Shown here: one piece after another, positions 8,240-16,424 of the stretch
Numbering within the stretch: position 1 is the first letter of the stretch
Layout: each line of letters begins with the position of its first letter
Source of the DNA: an uncultured Actinomycetes bacterium
GTDB taxonomy: Bacteria; Actinomycetota; Actinomycetes; Streptosporangiales; Streptosporangiaceae
Assembly (NCBI GenBank): GCA_963782185.1
Contig: CAWAJB010000024.1
Span: forward strand, 48,433-112,432
Length of the DNA: 64,000 bases
Reading direction: 5' to 3'
Position numbers and translations under genes: made by a program
The notes under the pieces: model-generated
Seen by the model: only the letters and a program-made list of their open reading frames with translations
Told to the model about the DNA's origin: nothing
Database searches by the model: none

Positions 8240-9934
8240 ATGGATCACCGCAACTCTCGACCCGCCGCCGGGCAGTCGGCCGCGGGTCCATCCGGCGCGG
8301 CCGCCCTCAGCCGGGCCGCCGACACCGCCGCTGACCGGATCTACCGCCGCCGCTGGGCCATCCTCGGTGTGCTGGTCGTCAGCCTCATCGCCATCGTGCT
8401 GGACAACACCGTGCTGAACGTCGCGCTCAAGACCATCGCCGAGCCCAAGCCGGCTGGCCTGGGTGCCAGCCAGAGCCAGCTCGAGTGGGGCATCAACTCC
8501 TACACGCTGGTGTTCGCCGGCCTGCTGTTCACCTTCGGGGTGATCGGTGACCGGATCGGCCGCAAGAAGATGCTGATGTTCGGCATGGCTGCCTTCGGCC
8601 TGTTCTCCTTGCTCACCGCGTACTCGCGCAGCCCGGAGATGCTGATCTTCGCCCGGGCGGCCATGGGCCTCGGCGCGGCGGCCGTCATGCCGCAGACGCT
8701 GTCCATCATCTCCAACGTGTTCGATCCCCGCGAGCGCGCCAAGGCCATCGGCATCTGGGCCACCGCCGTCGGCATCGGCGTGGCGATCGGCCCGATCGTC
8801 GGCGGCCTGCTGCTGGCCCACTTCTGGTGGGGCAGCGTCTTCCTGATCAACGTCCCGCTCACCGCGGCCGGGGTGCTGGCCATCCTGCTGCTCGTGCCGG
8901 AGTCACGGAACCCCAACCCGGGCCGGATCGACTACGCGGGCGTCGTGATGTCCATCGTCGGCCTGGTGCTCGTGGTGTACGGCATCATCCAGGGCGGCGA
9001 GAAGGGCACCTGGATCCACTGGGACGTGCTCGGCATCACCGTCGCGGGGCTCGCGGTGCTGGCCCTGTTCGGCTGGTACGAGACCCGGCTGGCGCACCCG
9101 TCGCTGGACGTGAAGCTGTTCCGCGACCCGCGCCTGTCCTCCGCGGTCGGCGCGCTCGGGCTGGTCTTCTTCGGCATGATGGGCGCGCTGTTCTTCCTCA
9201 GCTTCTACCTGCAGAGCGTGCGCGGTTACAGCCCGCTGGACGCGGGCCTGCTGACGCTGCCGTTCGCGGCGGGCCAGATGCTGATGGCGCCCCGCAGCGC
9301 CCGGCTGGTCAGGCGGTACGGCACCAAGGCCGTCGCCGCGACCGGGCTGGTCACCGTGGCGGTCGCGCTGGGCGGCTACCTGCTGCTCGGCGTGAGCACC
9401 CCGATCTGGGTGCTGGGCGTCATCTTCTTCATCCAGGGCGCGGGCATGGGCACCGTGATGCCCCCGGCCACCGAGGCCGTCATGTCCGTGGTGCCCCGGG
9501 AGCGGGCCGGCTCCGGCTCGGCGCTGACCAACACCGCCCGCCAGGTCGCCGGGGCACTTGGCGTCGCGGTCCTCGGCTCGATCCTGGCCCAGGTCTACCG
9601 TGGCCAGCTCAGCCCGCACCTGACCGCACTGCCCGCTGCCGCCCAGAACGCCGCAACGGGATCTATCGCGGCGACTCAGGCCGTGGCTGGCCGGCTGGGT
9701 CACGCGGGACTGCGTCTCGACCAGTTCGGTGACGCCGCCTTCGTGCACGCGATGCATGTCACCACGGCCATCTCCGCGGTGATCACGCTGGTGGGCGCGC
9801 TGGTCGTGCTGATCTGGATGCCGGGCCGCCCAGCGGCCCAGACCCCGTCCGCCGAGGCTGGGACGGCTGCGGCGGACGTGCACGCCGAGGAGGTCCCGGC
9901 GGGGGTTACCGCCGAGGCCGTGATGGAAAGCTAG
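8240..9934 (+). CDS. MFS transporter, DHA2 (EmrB/QacA-like, 14-TMS) drug:H+ antiporter family
   Basis: WAILGVLVVSLIAIVLDNTVLNVALKTI, GDRIGRKKMLMFGMAAFGLFS and many hydrophobic segments. The internal ATG at 8240 (MDHRNS...) is preferred to the track start at 8057. Confidence 0.85.
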   Translation: MDHRNSRPAAGQSAAGPSGAAALSRAADTAADRIYRRRWAILGVLVVSLIAIVLDNTVLNVALKTIAEPKPAGLGASQSQLEWGINSYTLVFAGLLFTFGVIGDRIGRKKMLMFGMAAFGLFSLLTAYSRSPEMLIFARAAMGLGAAAVMPQTLSIISNVFDPRERAKAIGIWATAVGIGVAIGPIVGGLLLAHFWWGSVFLINVPLTAAGVLAILLLVPESRNPNPGRIDYAGVVMSIVGLVLVVYGIIQGGEKGTWIHWDVLGITVAGLAVLALFGWYETRLAHPSLDVKLFRDPRLSSAVGALGLVFFGMMGALFFLSFYLQSVRGYSPLDAGLLTLPFAAGQMLMAPRSARLVRRYGTKAVAATGLVTVAVALGGYLLLGVSTPIWVLGVIFFIQGAGMGTVMPPATEAVMSVVPRERAGSGSALTNTARQVAGALGVAVLGSILAQVYRGQLSPHLTALPAAAQNAATGSIAATQAVAGRLGHAGLRLDQFGDAAFVHAMHVTTAISAVITLVGALVVLIWMPGRPAAQTPSAEAGTAAADVHAEEVPAGVTAEAVMES

Positions 9935-9938
9935 GGTC

Positions 9939-10592
9939 ATGGCCGCATCACGTGCCAGCACCGTTGCGGGGCAGGCCGCGGGGTCCGGGCCGGGGAGCCC
10001 GGCTCCCGCGGCCCGGCCGCGCCGGCCCGGCCGCCCGCGCAGCGAGCAGGCCGACCGCGCGATCATCGACGCCACCCTCGCCGTGTTCGCGGAGCACGGC
10101 GTGGAGGGCCTGTGCATCGAGAAGGTGGCGGCCAAGGCCGGCGTGGGCAAGGCCACCATCTACCGCCGCTGGCCGGGCAAGGAAGACCTGCTGCTGGACG
10201 CGCTGGCCACGCTGAAGAGCCCGCTGCCGGAGCCGCGCGGCGAGTCGGTCCGCGACGACCTGGTCAACCTGATGGAGACCATGGCGGCCGACTACGCGGA
10301 CCCCCGGCGGGCCAGGGAGTTCGCCCTGCTGCTCGGCGAGGGCGCGAAGTTCCCCCGGCTCATGGCCAGGTACACCGAGACCGTGGTCGAGCCGCGCCGG
10401 GACGTGATCCGTTCGGTGCTGCGCCGCGGGGTGGCCTCCGGGGAACTGCGGCCGGACGTCAACCTCGAGGTGGCGCTGTTCATGCTGACCGGTGCGATCA
10501 TCGGCCGGGGCAAGCACCAGCCCGAGGGGATCTCCGTCGGCTACGCCCGGCGGGTGGTGGACGAGCTTCTCACGGGCCTCACCCCCCGCTGA
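9939..10592 (+). CDS. TetR/AcrR family transcriptional regulator
   Basis: IIDATLAVFAEHGVEGLCIEKVAAKAGVGKATIYRRWPGKEDLLLDAL is a TetR N-terminal HTH. It starts 4 nt after the MFS stop, so the two genes are probably co-transcribed. Confidence 0.9.
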   Translation: MAASRASTVAGQAAGSGPGSPAPAARPRRPGRPRSEQADRAIIDATLAVFAEHGVEGLCIEKVAAKAGVGKATIYRRWPGKEDLLLDALATLKSPLPEPRGESVRDDLVNLMETMAADYADPRRAREFALLLGEGAKFPRLMARYTETVVEPRRDVIRSVLRRGVASGELRPDVNLEVALFMLTGAIIGRGKHQPEGISVGYARRVVDELLTGLTPR

Positions 10593-10650
10593 GCCCTCGC
10601 CCGGTTCTGTCGCCCCTTCCGGGCGCATCCCGCCAGTCCTCTCCGGGGCG

Positions 10651-10775
10651 CGTCCCCCCGGCCCCCTCCCGCGCGCGTCCCCCCGGCCCCCTCCCGCCGT
10701 CGTCCCCCCGGCCCCCTCCCGCGCGCGTCCCCCCGGCCCCTTCCCGCGCGCGTCCCCCCAGCCCCACAGTCCCCG
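10651..10775. repeat. 25-bp C-rich direct tandem repeat, four good copies plus one degenerate copy (unit cgtccccccggccccctcccgcgcg)
   Basis: Copies at 10651-10675, 10676-10700, 10701-10725 and 10726-10750, with a degenerate copy at 10751-10775. The period is not a multiple of 3. It lies in the intergenic region after the TetR stop. Confidence 0.85.
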
Positions 10776-10803
10776 CCAGCCCCGCAAGTTCTCCCCCTCG
10801 TTC

Positions 10804-10851
10804 GTGATCATGGGTTTGGTGTTGCGATAGCCGCAGCAAACCCATGATCAC
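10804..10851. repeat. perfect 15-bp inverted repeat (GTGATCATGGGTTTG / CAAACCCATGATCAC) with an 18-nt loop; AT-rich relative to its surroundings
   Basis: Arms at 10804-10818 and 10837-10851. It is followed by G-tracts (ccggggggcggggcggggggagagccggg) at about 10856-10884. Confidence 0.85.
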
Positions 10852-10916
10852 CAGCCCGGGGGGCGGGGCGGGGGGAGAGCCGGGAACGGGTTGCGGGCGG
10901 TGGGAGACTTGGGGGT

Positions 10917-11747
10917 ATGCAACGCCGCTTCCGCCAGGTCGACGTGTTCACCGCCGCACCCTTCGGGGGCAATCCCGTGGCGGTCGTGCTGGACTCCGAG
11001 GGGCTGAGCGCCGGCGACATGCAGCGCTTCGCCAACTGGACCAACCTGTCCGAGACCACGTTCGTGCTGCCCCCGACCCGCGACCAGGCCGACTACCAGG
11101 TCCGTATCTTCACTCCCAGCCGGGAGCTGCCGTTCGCGGGCCACCCCACCCTGGGCACCTGCCACGCGTGGCTGGAGGCCGGCGGGAAGCCGGCCCTTCC
11201 CGAGGTGTTCGTGCAGGAATGCGGGGCGGGCCTGATCGGGATCCGCCAGGTCCCGGCGGGGCTGGCGTTCTCCGCGCCGCCGCTGATCCGGTCCGGGCCG
11301 GTGGAGGAGGCGGTCGCCGCGCACATCGCCGGGGTTCTGGGCATCAGCCGGGCCGCCATCACCGACCTCGCCTGGGCCGACAACGGGCCCGGGTGGGTGG
11401 CCGTGCTGCTGCCCAGCGTGGAGGCCGTGCTCGCGCTCAGCCCCGGGTCGGTGGACATGGACATCGGGGTGGTGGGCTGCTACCCGGCCGGCTCACCGGA
11501 AGCCATCGAGGTGCGGGCGTTCTTCCCCAGCGGCGGCGCGACGATCGAGGACCCGGTGACCGGCAGCCTGAACGCCTCACTGGCGCAGTGGCTGCTGGAC
11601 ACCGGGCGGGTCAGCGTGCCGTATGTGGCGAGCCAGGGCACGGCGCTCGGCCGGTCCGGGCGGGTGCACATCTTCCGCGAGGCCGACGGCCAGATCTGGG
11701 TCGGCGGCAGCACCCACACCTGCGTCTCGGGATACGCAGAACTCTAG
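10917..11747 (+). CDS. PhzF family phenazine-biosynthesis-like isomerase/epimerase
   Basis: FRQVDVFTAAPFGGNPVAVVLDSEGLSAGDMQRFANWTNLSETTFVLPP...YQVRIFTPSRELPFAGHPTLGTCHAWLEAGG is the PhzF signature region. Confidence 0.85.
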   Translation: MQRRFRQVDVFTAAPFGGNPVAVVLDSEGLSAGDMQRFANWTNLSETTFVLPPTRDQADYQVRIFTPSRELPFAGHPTLGTCHAWLEAGGKPALPEVFVQECGAGLIGIRQVPAGLAFSAPPLIRSGPVEEAVAAHIAGVLGISRAAITDLAWADNGPGWVAVLLPSVEAVLALSPGSVDMDIGVVGCYPAGSPEAIEVRAFFPSGGATIEDPVTGSLNASLAQWLLDTGRVSVPYVASQGTALGRSGRVHIFREADGQIWVGGSTHTCVSGYAEL

Positions 11748-11797
11748 GGGTGGGAGAACTCCAGGGATAGGAGAGCCTGGTCCGGGGAATCCATCTC

Positions 11798-12889
11798 GTG
11801 GCACGCCAGACCTCTCCCCAGGAGGCTTTGCAGACCGTGGACCTATCGCAGGAGTCGGCCGAGCTGCTGAGTGCCGAGGCGGCGGGGTACGCGGCGGCAG
11901 CGCTGGCCAACATCAGGCACGAGTTCCCGGCTGCGATGCAGCACACGATGACCGCGCCGGGCGACTTCCCCTACCGCCCGCGGGCCCGCGCGCCCGTGTT
12001 CTACGGCAGCGTCAACTGGCATTCCTCGGTCCAGATGCACTGGACCCTGCTCCGGCTGCTGCGCACCGTTCCCGGGGCGGTACCCGGGACCGAGATCCGG
12101 TCCGCGCTCGGCGCCCGGTTCACCCCCGTGGCGCTGGCCGCCGAGGCCGAGTTCGCGGGCAGTGCCGACGCCCGGGCCGAGCGCCCGCAAGGCTGGGGCT
12201 GGGCGCTCGCCCTCGTGCACGAGACGCAGACCTGGGACAACCCGGACGCCCGGAAGTGGGCCCAGGCGATGGCCCCGCTGGCCGAGGCCCTGGTCGGCGG
12301 GTTCCTGGGCTGGCTCCCCAGGCAGTCCTACCCGGTGCGCTACGGAACGGAGCAGGGCAGCGCCTTCGGGCTCTCGCTGGCCTGGCCTTTCGCTGAGGCG
12401 CGGGCGCGGGCGGGTAACCCGGCGCTGCGGGACGCGATCGCGGCGCGGGCCCTGGCGTGGTTCAGCGCGGACAGCATGTACCCCGCTGACTGGGAGCCGT
12501 CGGGCGATGACTGTGTCTCGCCGGCCCTGACCGAGGCGGAGCTGATGGCCCGGGTGCTGCCACCGGCCGAGTTCGCCGACTGGCTGGCCATATTCCTGCC
12601 CGGGCTCGAGTGGGGCCGGCCAGCGACCTTGTTCACCCCGGCGGTAGCAGGTCATCCTGCAGATGAGGACGAGGACCAGGAGCAGGGCAGCCGGCTGCAC
12701 GGTCTGAACGCGACCCGGGCGTGGTGCTGGAGGCAGATCGCCCGCAGCCTGCCGGACGGTGACGCCCGCGCCGAGCCTGCGGCGGCCGCGGCCCGCCAGC
12801 ACATCAAGGCGGTGCTGCCTTACGTGCTCGGCGGCGGCTACCAGCTGGAGCACTGGCTGGCGGGCTACGCGGTGCTCATGCTGAGCTGA
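11798..12889 (+). CDS. DUF2891 domain-containing protein
   Basis: AAAALANIRHEFPAAMQHTMTAPGDFPYRPRARAPVFYGSVNWHSSVQMHWTLLRLL matches my recollection of DUF2891. GTG start. Confidence 0.65.
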   Translation: MARQTSPQEALQTVDLSQESAELLSAEAAGYAAAALANIRHEFPAAMQHTMTAPGDFPYRPRARAPVFYGSVNWHSSVQMHWTLLRLLRTVPGAVPGTEIRSALGARFTPVALAAEAEFAGSADARAERPQGWGWALALVHETQTWDNPDARKWAQAMAPLAEALVGGFLGWLPRQSYPVRYGTEQGSAFGLSLAWPFAEARARAGNPALRDAIAARALAWFSADSMYPADWEPSGDDCVSPALTEAELMARVLPPAEFADWLAIFLPGLEWGRPATLFTPAVAGHPADEDEDQEQGSRLHGLNATRAWCWRQIARSLPDGDARAEPAAAAARQHIKAVLPYVLGGGYQLEHWLAGYAVLMLS

Positions 12890-12902
12890 CCTCCGGCGGG
12901 AC

Positions 12903-14726
12903 TCAGCCGGGCCGCCGGTCCGGGCGGGGCTCACGCCACCGGTTGGTGATCGGCAGGCGCCGGTCGCGGCCGAAGTTACGCGGGGTGATCTTCGGGCCCG
13001 GCGGGTACTGCCGCCGCTTGTACTCCGCCCGGTCCACCAGCTGGATCACCCGGTCTACCAGGGCCGGATCGTGGCCGGCCGCGATCAGCGCGGCCGCCCC
13101 CATGTCCTTCTCCACGTAATCGTCCAGCAGCGCGTCGAGCACCGCGTAGTCGGGCAGCGAATCGGTGTCCAGCTGGCCGGGGGCCAGCTCCGCGCTCGGT
13201 GGCTTGCTGATGGAGTTCTCCGGGATAGGCGGGGTCTCGCCGCGCTCCACCGCCTGCCCGTTCCGCCACCGGGCCAGTTCCCAGACCAGCGTCTTGAGCA
13301 CGTCCTTGATCGGGCCGAAGCCGCCCGCCGAGTCGCCGTAGAGGGTGGAGTACCCGGTGGCGATCTCGCTCTTGTTGCCGGTGGTGAGAACCAGGTGCCC
13401 CTCGGCGTTGCTCAGTCCCATCAGGATCACGCCGCGGATCCGGGACTGGAGGTTCTCCGCGGCCAGTCCCTCCAGGTTCAGCTCGGCCTGGAACGCATCG
13501 ACCATGGGGGCGATCGGGACCGTACGGGCGTGCAGTCCCTGCCGTTTGGCCAGGTCTTCCGCGTCGCTCACGGAATGGCCCGACGAATACCGGCTGGGCA
13601 TCAGCACCACATGCACCTGGTCCGGTCCGACCGCGTCGGCCGCGACCGTGGCGACCAGCGCGGAGTCGATGCCCCCGGACAGGCCGAGGATGACCGAGCG
13701 GAAGCCGTTCTTGCGCACGTAGTCGCGCACGCCGGTGACCAGCGCGGAGTAGACCTCGGCGCGCGGGGCCAGCCGCGGGCTGATGACGGGCTCCGCGAGC
13801 GGGGAGAGCGCGCCGGGCTGCGGCGGCCGCGCGGGCAGCGCCACCCGGTGGATGGTCATCACGGTGCCGTCGCTGGCCTCGGCGGGAGTGTCCGGGGCCG
13901 GGGTGGTGTCCGGCACCGGCCGGGCCCGGGGCAGATCGAGGTCCGCGACCAGCAGCGTCTCCTCGAACTGGGGGCCCCGCGCGATCAGGCCGCCCTCGGC
14001 GTCGACGATGATCGAATCGCCGTCGAAGACCAGCTCGTCCTGGCCGCTCATCATGTTCACGTAGGCCAGCGCCGCGCCAGCCTCGCGGGCCCGCCGGGCG
14101 ACCAGTTCCAGCCGGGCCTGGTCCTTGCCCCGTTCGTAGGGGGACGCGTTCGGTACCACCAGCAGCCCCGCGCCCGCCTGCCTGGTCACCGCGACCGGGC
14201 CGCCGTCCTGCCACAGGTCCTCGCAGATGGCGATGGCCACGTCCACCGCGTTCTCGCCGCCGTCTGCGGGGACCCGGACCACCGGCAGCCGGTTCCCGGG
14301 CACGAAGTAGCGGTACTCGTCGAACACCCCGTAGTTCGGCAGGTGATGCTTGGCCGTGGTGACCGCCACCGCCCCGCCGTGCAGCAGCGCGGCCGCGTTC
14401 TGGGCGGAGCTGACCGGCTCGCCGACCCGGGGTGTCCCGCCGGGCCGCCGGCCCAGGTAGCCGGTGACCACGGCGATGCCGCCGAGCCCGCCGGAGGCCA
14501 GTTGCCGCGCCGTCGCCTCCAGGGTGGCGACCGAGGCGTCCACGAACGAGTCCCGCAGCGCCAGGTCCTCCACCGGGTAGCCGGTCAGCATCATCTCCGG
14601 GAACACGACGAGGTCGGCGCCGGCGTCCGCGGCGCGTCGGGTCCACTCCGCCACCGCTGCGGCGTTCCCCGCCAGGTCGCCGACGGTCGAGTTCACCTGG
14701 GCAAGGGCGATCCGCAGCCTGGTCAC
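12903..14726 (-). CDS. nadE: glutamine-dependent NAD+ synthetase (N-terminal CN-hydrolase domain plus C-terminal NAD synthetase domain)
   Basis: RIALAQVNSTVGDLAGN...VVFPEMMLTGYP...AIAICEDLW is the nitrilase-like domain. SVILGLSGGIDSALVA is the PP-loop. Confidence 0.9.
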   Translation of the reverse strand: MTRLRIALAQVNSTVGDLAGNAAAVAEWTRRAADAGADLVVFPEMMLTGYPVEDLALRDSFVDASVATLEATARQLASGGLGGIAVVTGYLGRRPGGTPRVGEPVSSAQNAAALLHGGAVAVTTAKHHLPNYGVFDEYRYFVPGNRLPVVRVPADGGENAVDVAIAICEDLWQDGGPVAVTRQAGAGLLVVPNASPYERGKDQARLELVARRAREAGAALAYVNMMSGQDELVFDGDSIIVDAEGGLIARGPQFEETLLVADLDLPRARPVPDTTPAPDTPAEASDGTVMTIHRVALPARPPQPGALSPLAEPVISPRLAPRAEVYSALVTGVRDYVRKNGFRSVILGLSGGIDSALVATVAADAVGPDQVHVVLMPSRYSSGHSVSDAEDLAKRQGLHARTVPIAPMVDAFQAELNLEGLAAENLQSRIRGVILMGLSNAEGHLVLTTGNKSEIATGYSTLYGDSAGGFGPIKDVLKTLVWELARWRNGQAVERGETPPIPENSISKPPSAELAPGQLDTDSLPDYAVLDALLDDYVEKDMGAAALIAAGHDPALVDRVIQLVDRAEYKRRQYPPGPKITPRNFGRDRRLPITNRWREPRPDRRPG

Positions 14727-14885
14727 CCTTGTACTTTAATCGGGCCGCGGGGCCGTGCCCGCCAGCCCGGCCGGCCCCTCGGCGGCGCCTCGCCGGCCCG
14801 GCCGGTGCGCCCGGCTACGCCCGGTAACTTCTGGCGTGGAAGCCGCAGGTTTGTCCAGGGGCAGCGGTAGACTCAGCGGAAGTTT

Positions 14886-14901
14886 GTAACGTCCTGGTAA
14901 C
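14886..14901 (+). promoter_or_regulatory. candidate GlnR box (GTAAC-n6-GTAAC) upstream of the glnA2-like gene
   Basis: gtttGTAACgtcctgGTAACac lies about 105 nt upstream of the ATG at 15007. The recalled consensus is gTnAc-n6-GaAAc, so the b-site has one mismatch. Confidence 0.3.
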
Positions 14902-15006
14902 ACGCTCGCGAGAGACTGTCGGCCAGGGCAGGCTCGGTCAGCCGATATGCTGTGCTGCCCGCCATCTCCGCAGGTAAACGCCGCTGACCAGCAAGGACAG
15001 GCCGTC

Positions 15007-16368
15007 ATGGACAGGCAGGAAGAATTCGTCCTCCGTACTCTGGAGGAACGGGATATCCGTTTTGTCCGGCTCTGGTTCACCGACGTCCTCGGCTACCTGA
15101 AGTCGGTGGCGGTGGCCCCTGCCGAGCTCGAGGGTGCGTTCGCGGAGGGCATCGGGTTCGACGGCTCGGCGATCGAGGGGTTCGCCCGCGTCTACGAGGC
15201 AGACATGATCGCCAAGCCCGACGCCTCCACCTTCCAGCTGCTGCCCTGGCGAGGTGAGGCCTCCGGGGTGGGCCGGATGTTCTGCGACATCCACATGACT
15301 GACGGCTCGCCGTCCTACGCGGATCCCCGCTACGTGCTGAAGCGGGCGCTCGGCCACGCCGCCGATCTGGGCTTCACCTTCTACACCCACCCCGAGGTGG
15401 AGTTCTTCCTGCTGAAGGAGAAGCCCGTCCCCGGCGCCCAGCCGCAGCCGATCGACACCGGCGGGTACTTTGATCACACCCCGCACAGCGTCGCTCACGA
15501 CTTCCGGCACGAGTCGATCCAGATGCTGGAGAGCATGGGCATCTCGGTGGAGTTCAGCCACCACGAGGGCGCGCCCGGCCAGCAGGAGATCGACCTGCGT
15601 TACGCCGACGCCCTGACCACGGCGGACAACATCATGTCGTTCCGGCTGGTCATGAAGGAGGTCGCGCTCCAGCAGAGCGTCTACGCGTCCTTCATGCCCA
15701 AGCCATTCACCGAGTACCCGGGTTCCGGGATGCACACCCACATGTCGCTGTTCGAGGGCGACCGCAACGTGTTCTACGAGCCGGGCGCGGAGTTCCAGCT
15801 GTCCAAGCTCGGCCGGATGTTCATCGCCGGGCTGCTGCGGCACGCCGCGGAGATCACCGCGGTCTGCAACCAGTGGGTGAACTCGTACAAGCGGCTGTGG
15901 GGGGCGGCGGAAAGCGCGGCGGGCGCCGGTGGCGAGGCCCCGGCCTACATCTGCTGGGGCCACAACAACCGGTCGGCCCTGGTGCGGATTCCCATGTACA
16001 AGCCGCACAAGGGAAATGCCACCCGGGTCGAGTTCCGCTCGGTAGACTCGGCGTGTAATCCCTACCTTGCGTTCGCGGTGATCCTGGAAGCCGGCCTGAA
16101 GGGCATCGAGGCCGGTTACGAGCTGCCGCCCGGCGCGGAGGATGACGTATGGGCGCTCACCTCGGCCGAGCGGCGGGCACTGGGCATCTCACCGCTGCCG
16201 CAGAGCCTGGATGAGGCGATCACGGTGATGCAGGACAGCGAGCTGGTGGCACAGGCGCTCGGCGAGCATGTCTTTGACTTCTTCCTGCGCAACAAGCGCG
16301 CCGAGTGGCGCGAGTACCGGCACCAGGTCACCCAGTTTGAGCTGGACCGTTACTTGCCCGTGCTATGA
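15007..16368 (+). CDS. glnA2: type I glutamine synthetase family protein, GlnA2-like
   Basis: MDRQEEFVLRTLEERDIRFVRLWFTDVLGYLKSVAV..., YPGSGMHTHMSLF and NNRSALVRIP. The internal ATG at 15007 is preferred to the track start at 14947. Confidence 0.85.
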   Translation: MDRQEEFVLRTLEERDIRFVRLWFTDVLGYLKSVAVAPAELEGAFAEGIGFDGSAIEGFARVYEADMIAKPDASTFQLLPWRGEASGVGRMFCDIHMTDGSPSYADPRYVLKRALGHAADLGFTFYTHPEVEFFLLKEKPVPGAQPQPIDTGGYFDHTPHSVAHDFRHESIQMLESMGISVEFSHHEGAPGQQEIDLRYADALTTADNIMSFRLVMKEVALQQSVYASFMPKPFTEYPGSGMHTHMSLFEGDRNVFYEPGAEFQLSKLGRMFIAGLLRHAAEITAVCNQWVNSYKRLWGAAESAAGAGGEAPAYICWGHNNRSALVRIPMYKPHKGNATRVEFRSVDSACNPYLAFAVILEAGLKGIEAGYELPPGAEDDVWALTSAERRALGISPLPQSLDEAITVMQDSELVAQALGEHVFDFFLRNKRAEWREYRHQVTQFELDRYLPVL

Positions 16369-16424
16369 CTGTGTGAGCCAGGACCGTGGCATCAGGGAGC
16401 GCTTGAGGCAGCGGGCAGGCTGGG

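Noticed and set aside
10651-10775. Possible CRISPR array, suggested by regularly repeated 25-bp units.
   Set aside because: The repeats are directly abutting with no unique spacers, there are only about 5 copies, and no cas genes are in the window. It is a simple tandem repeat.
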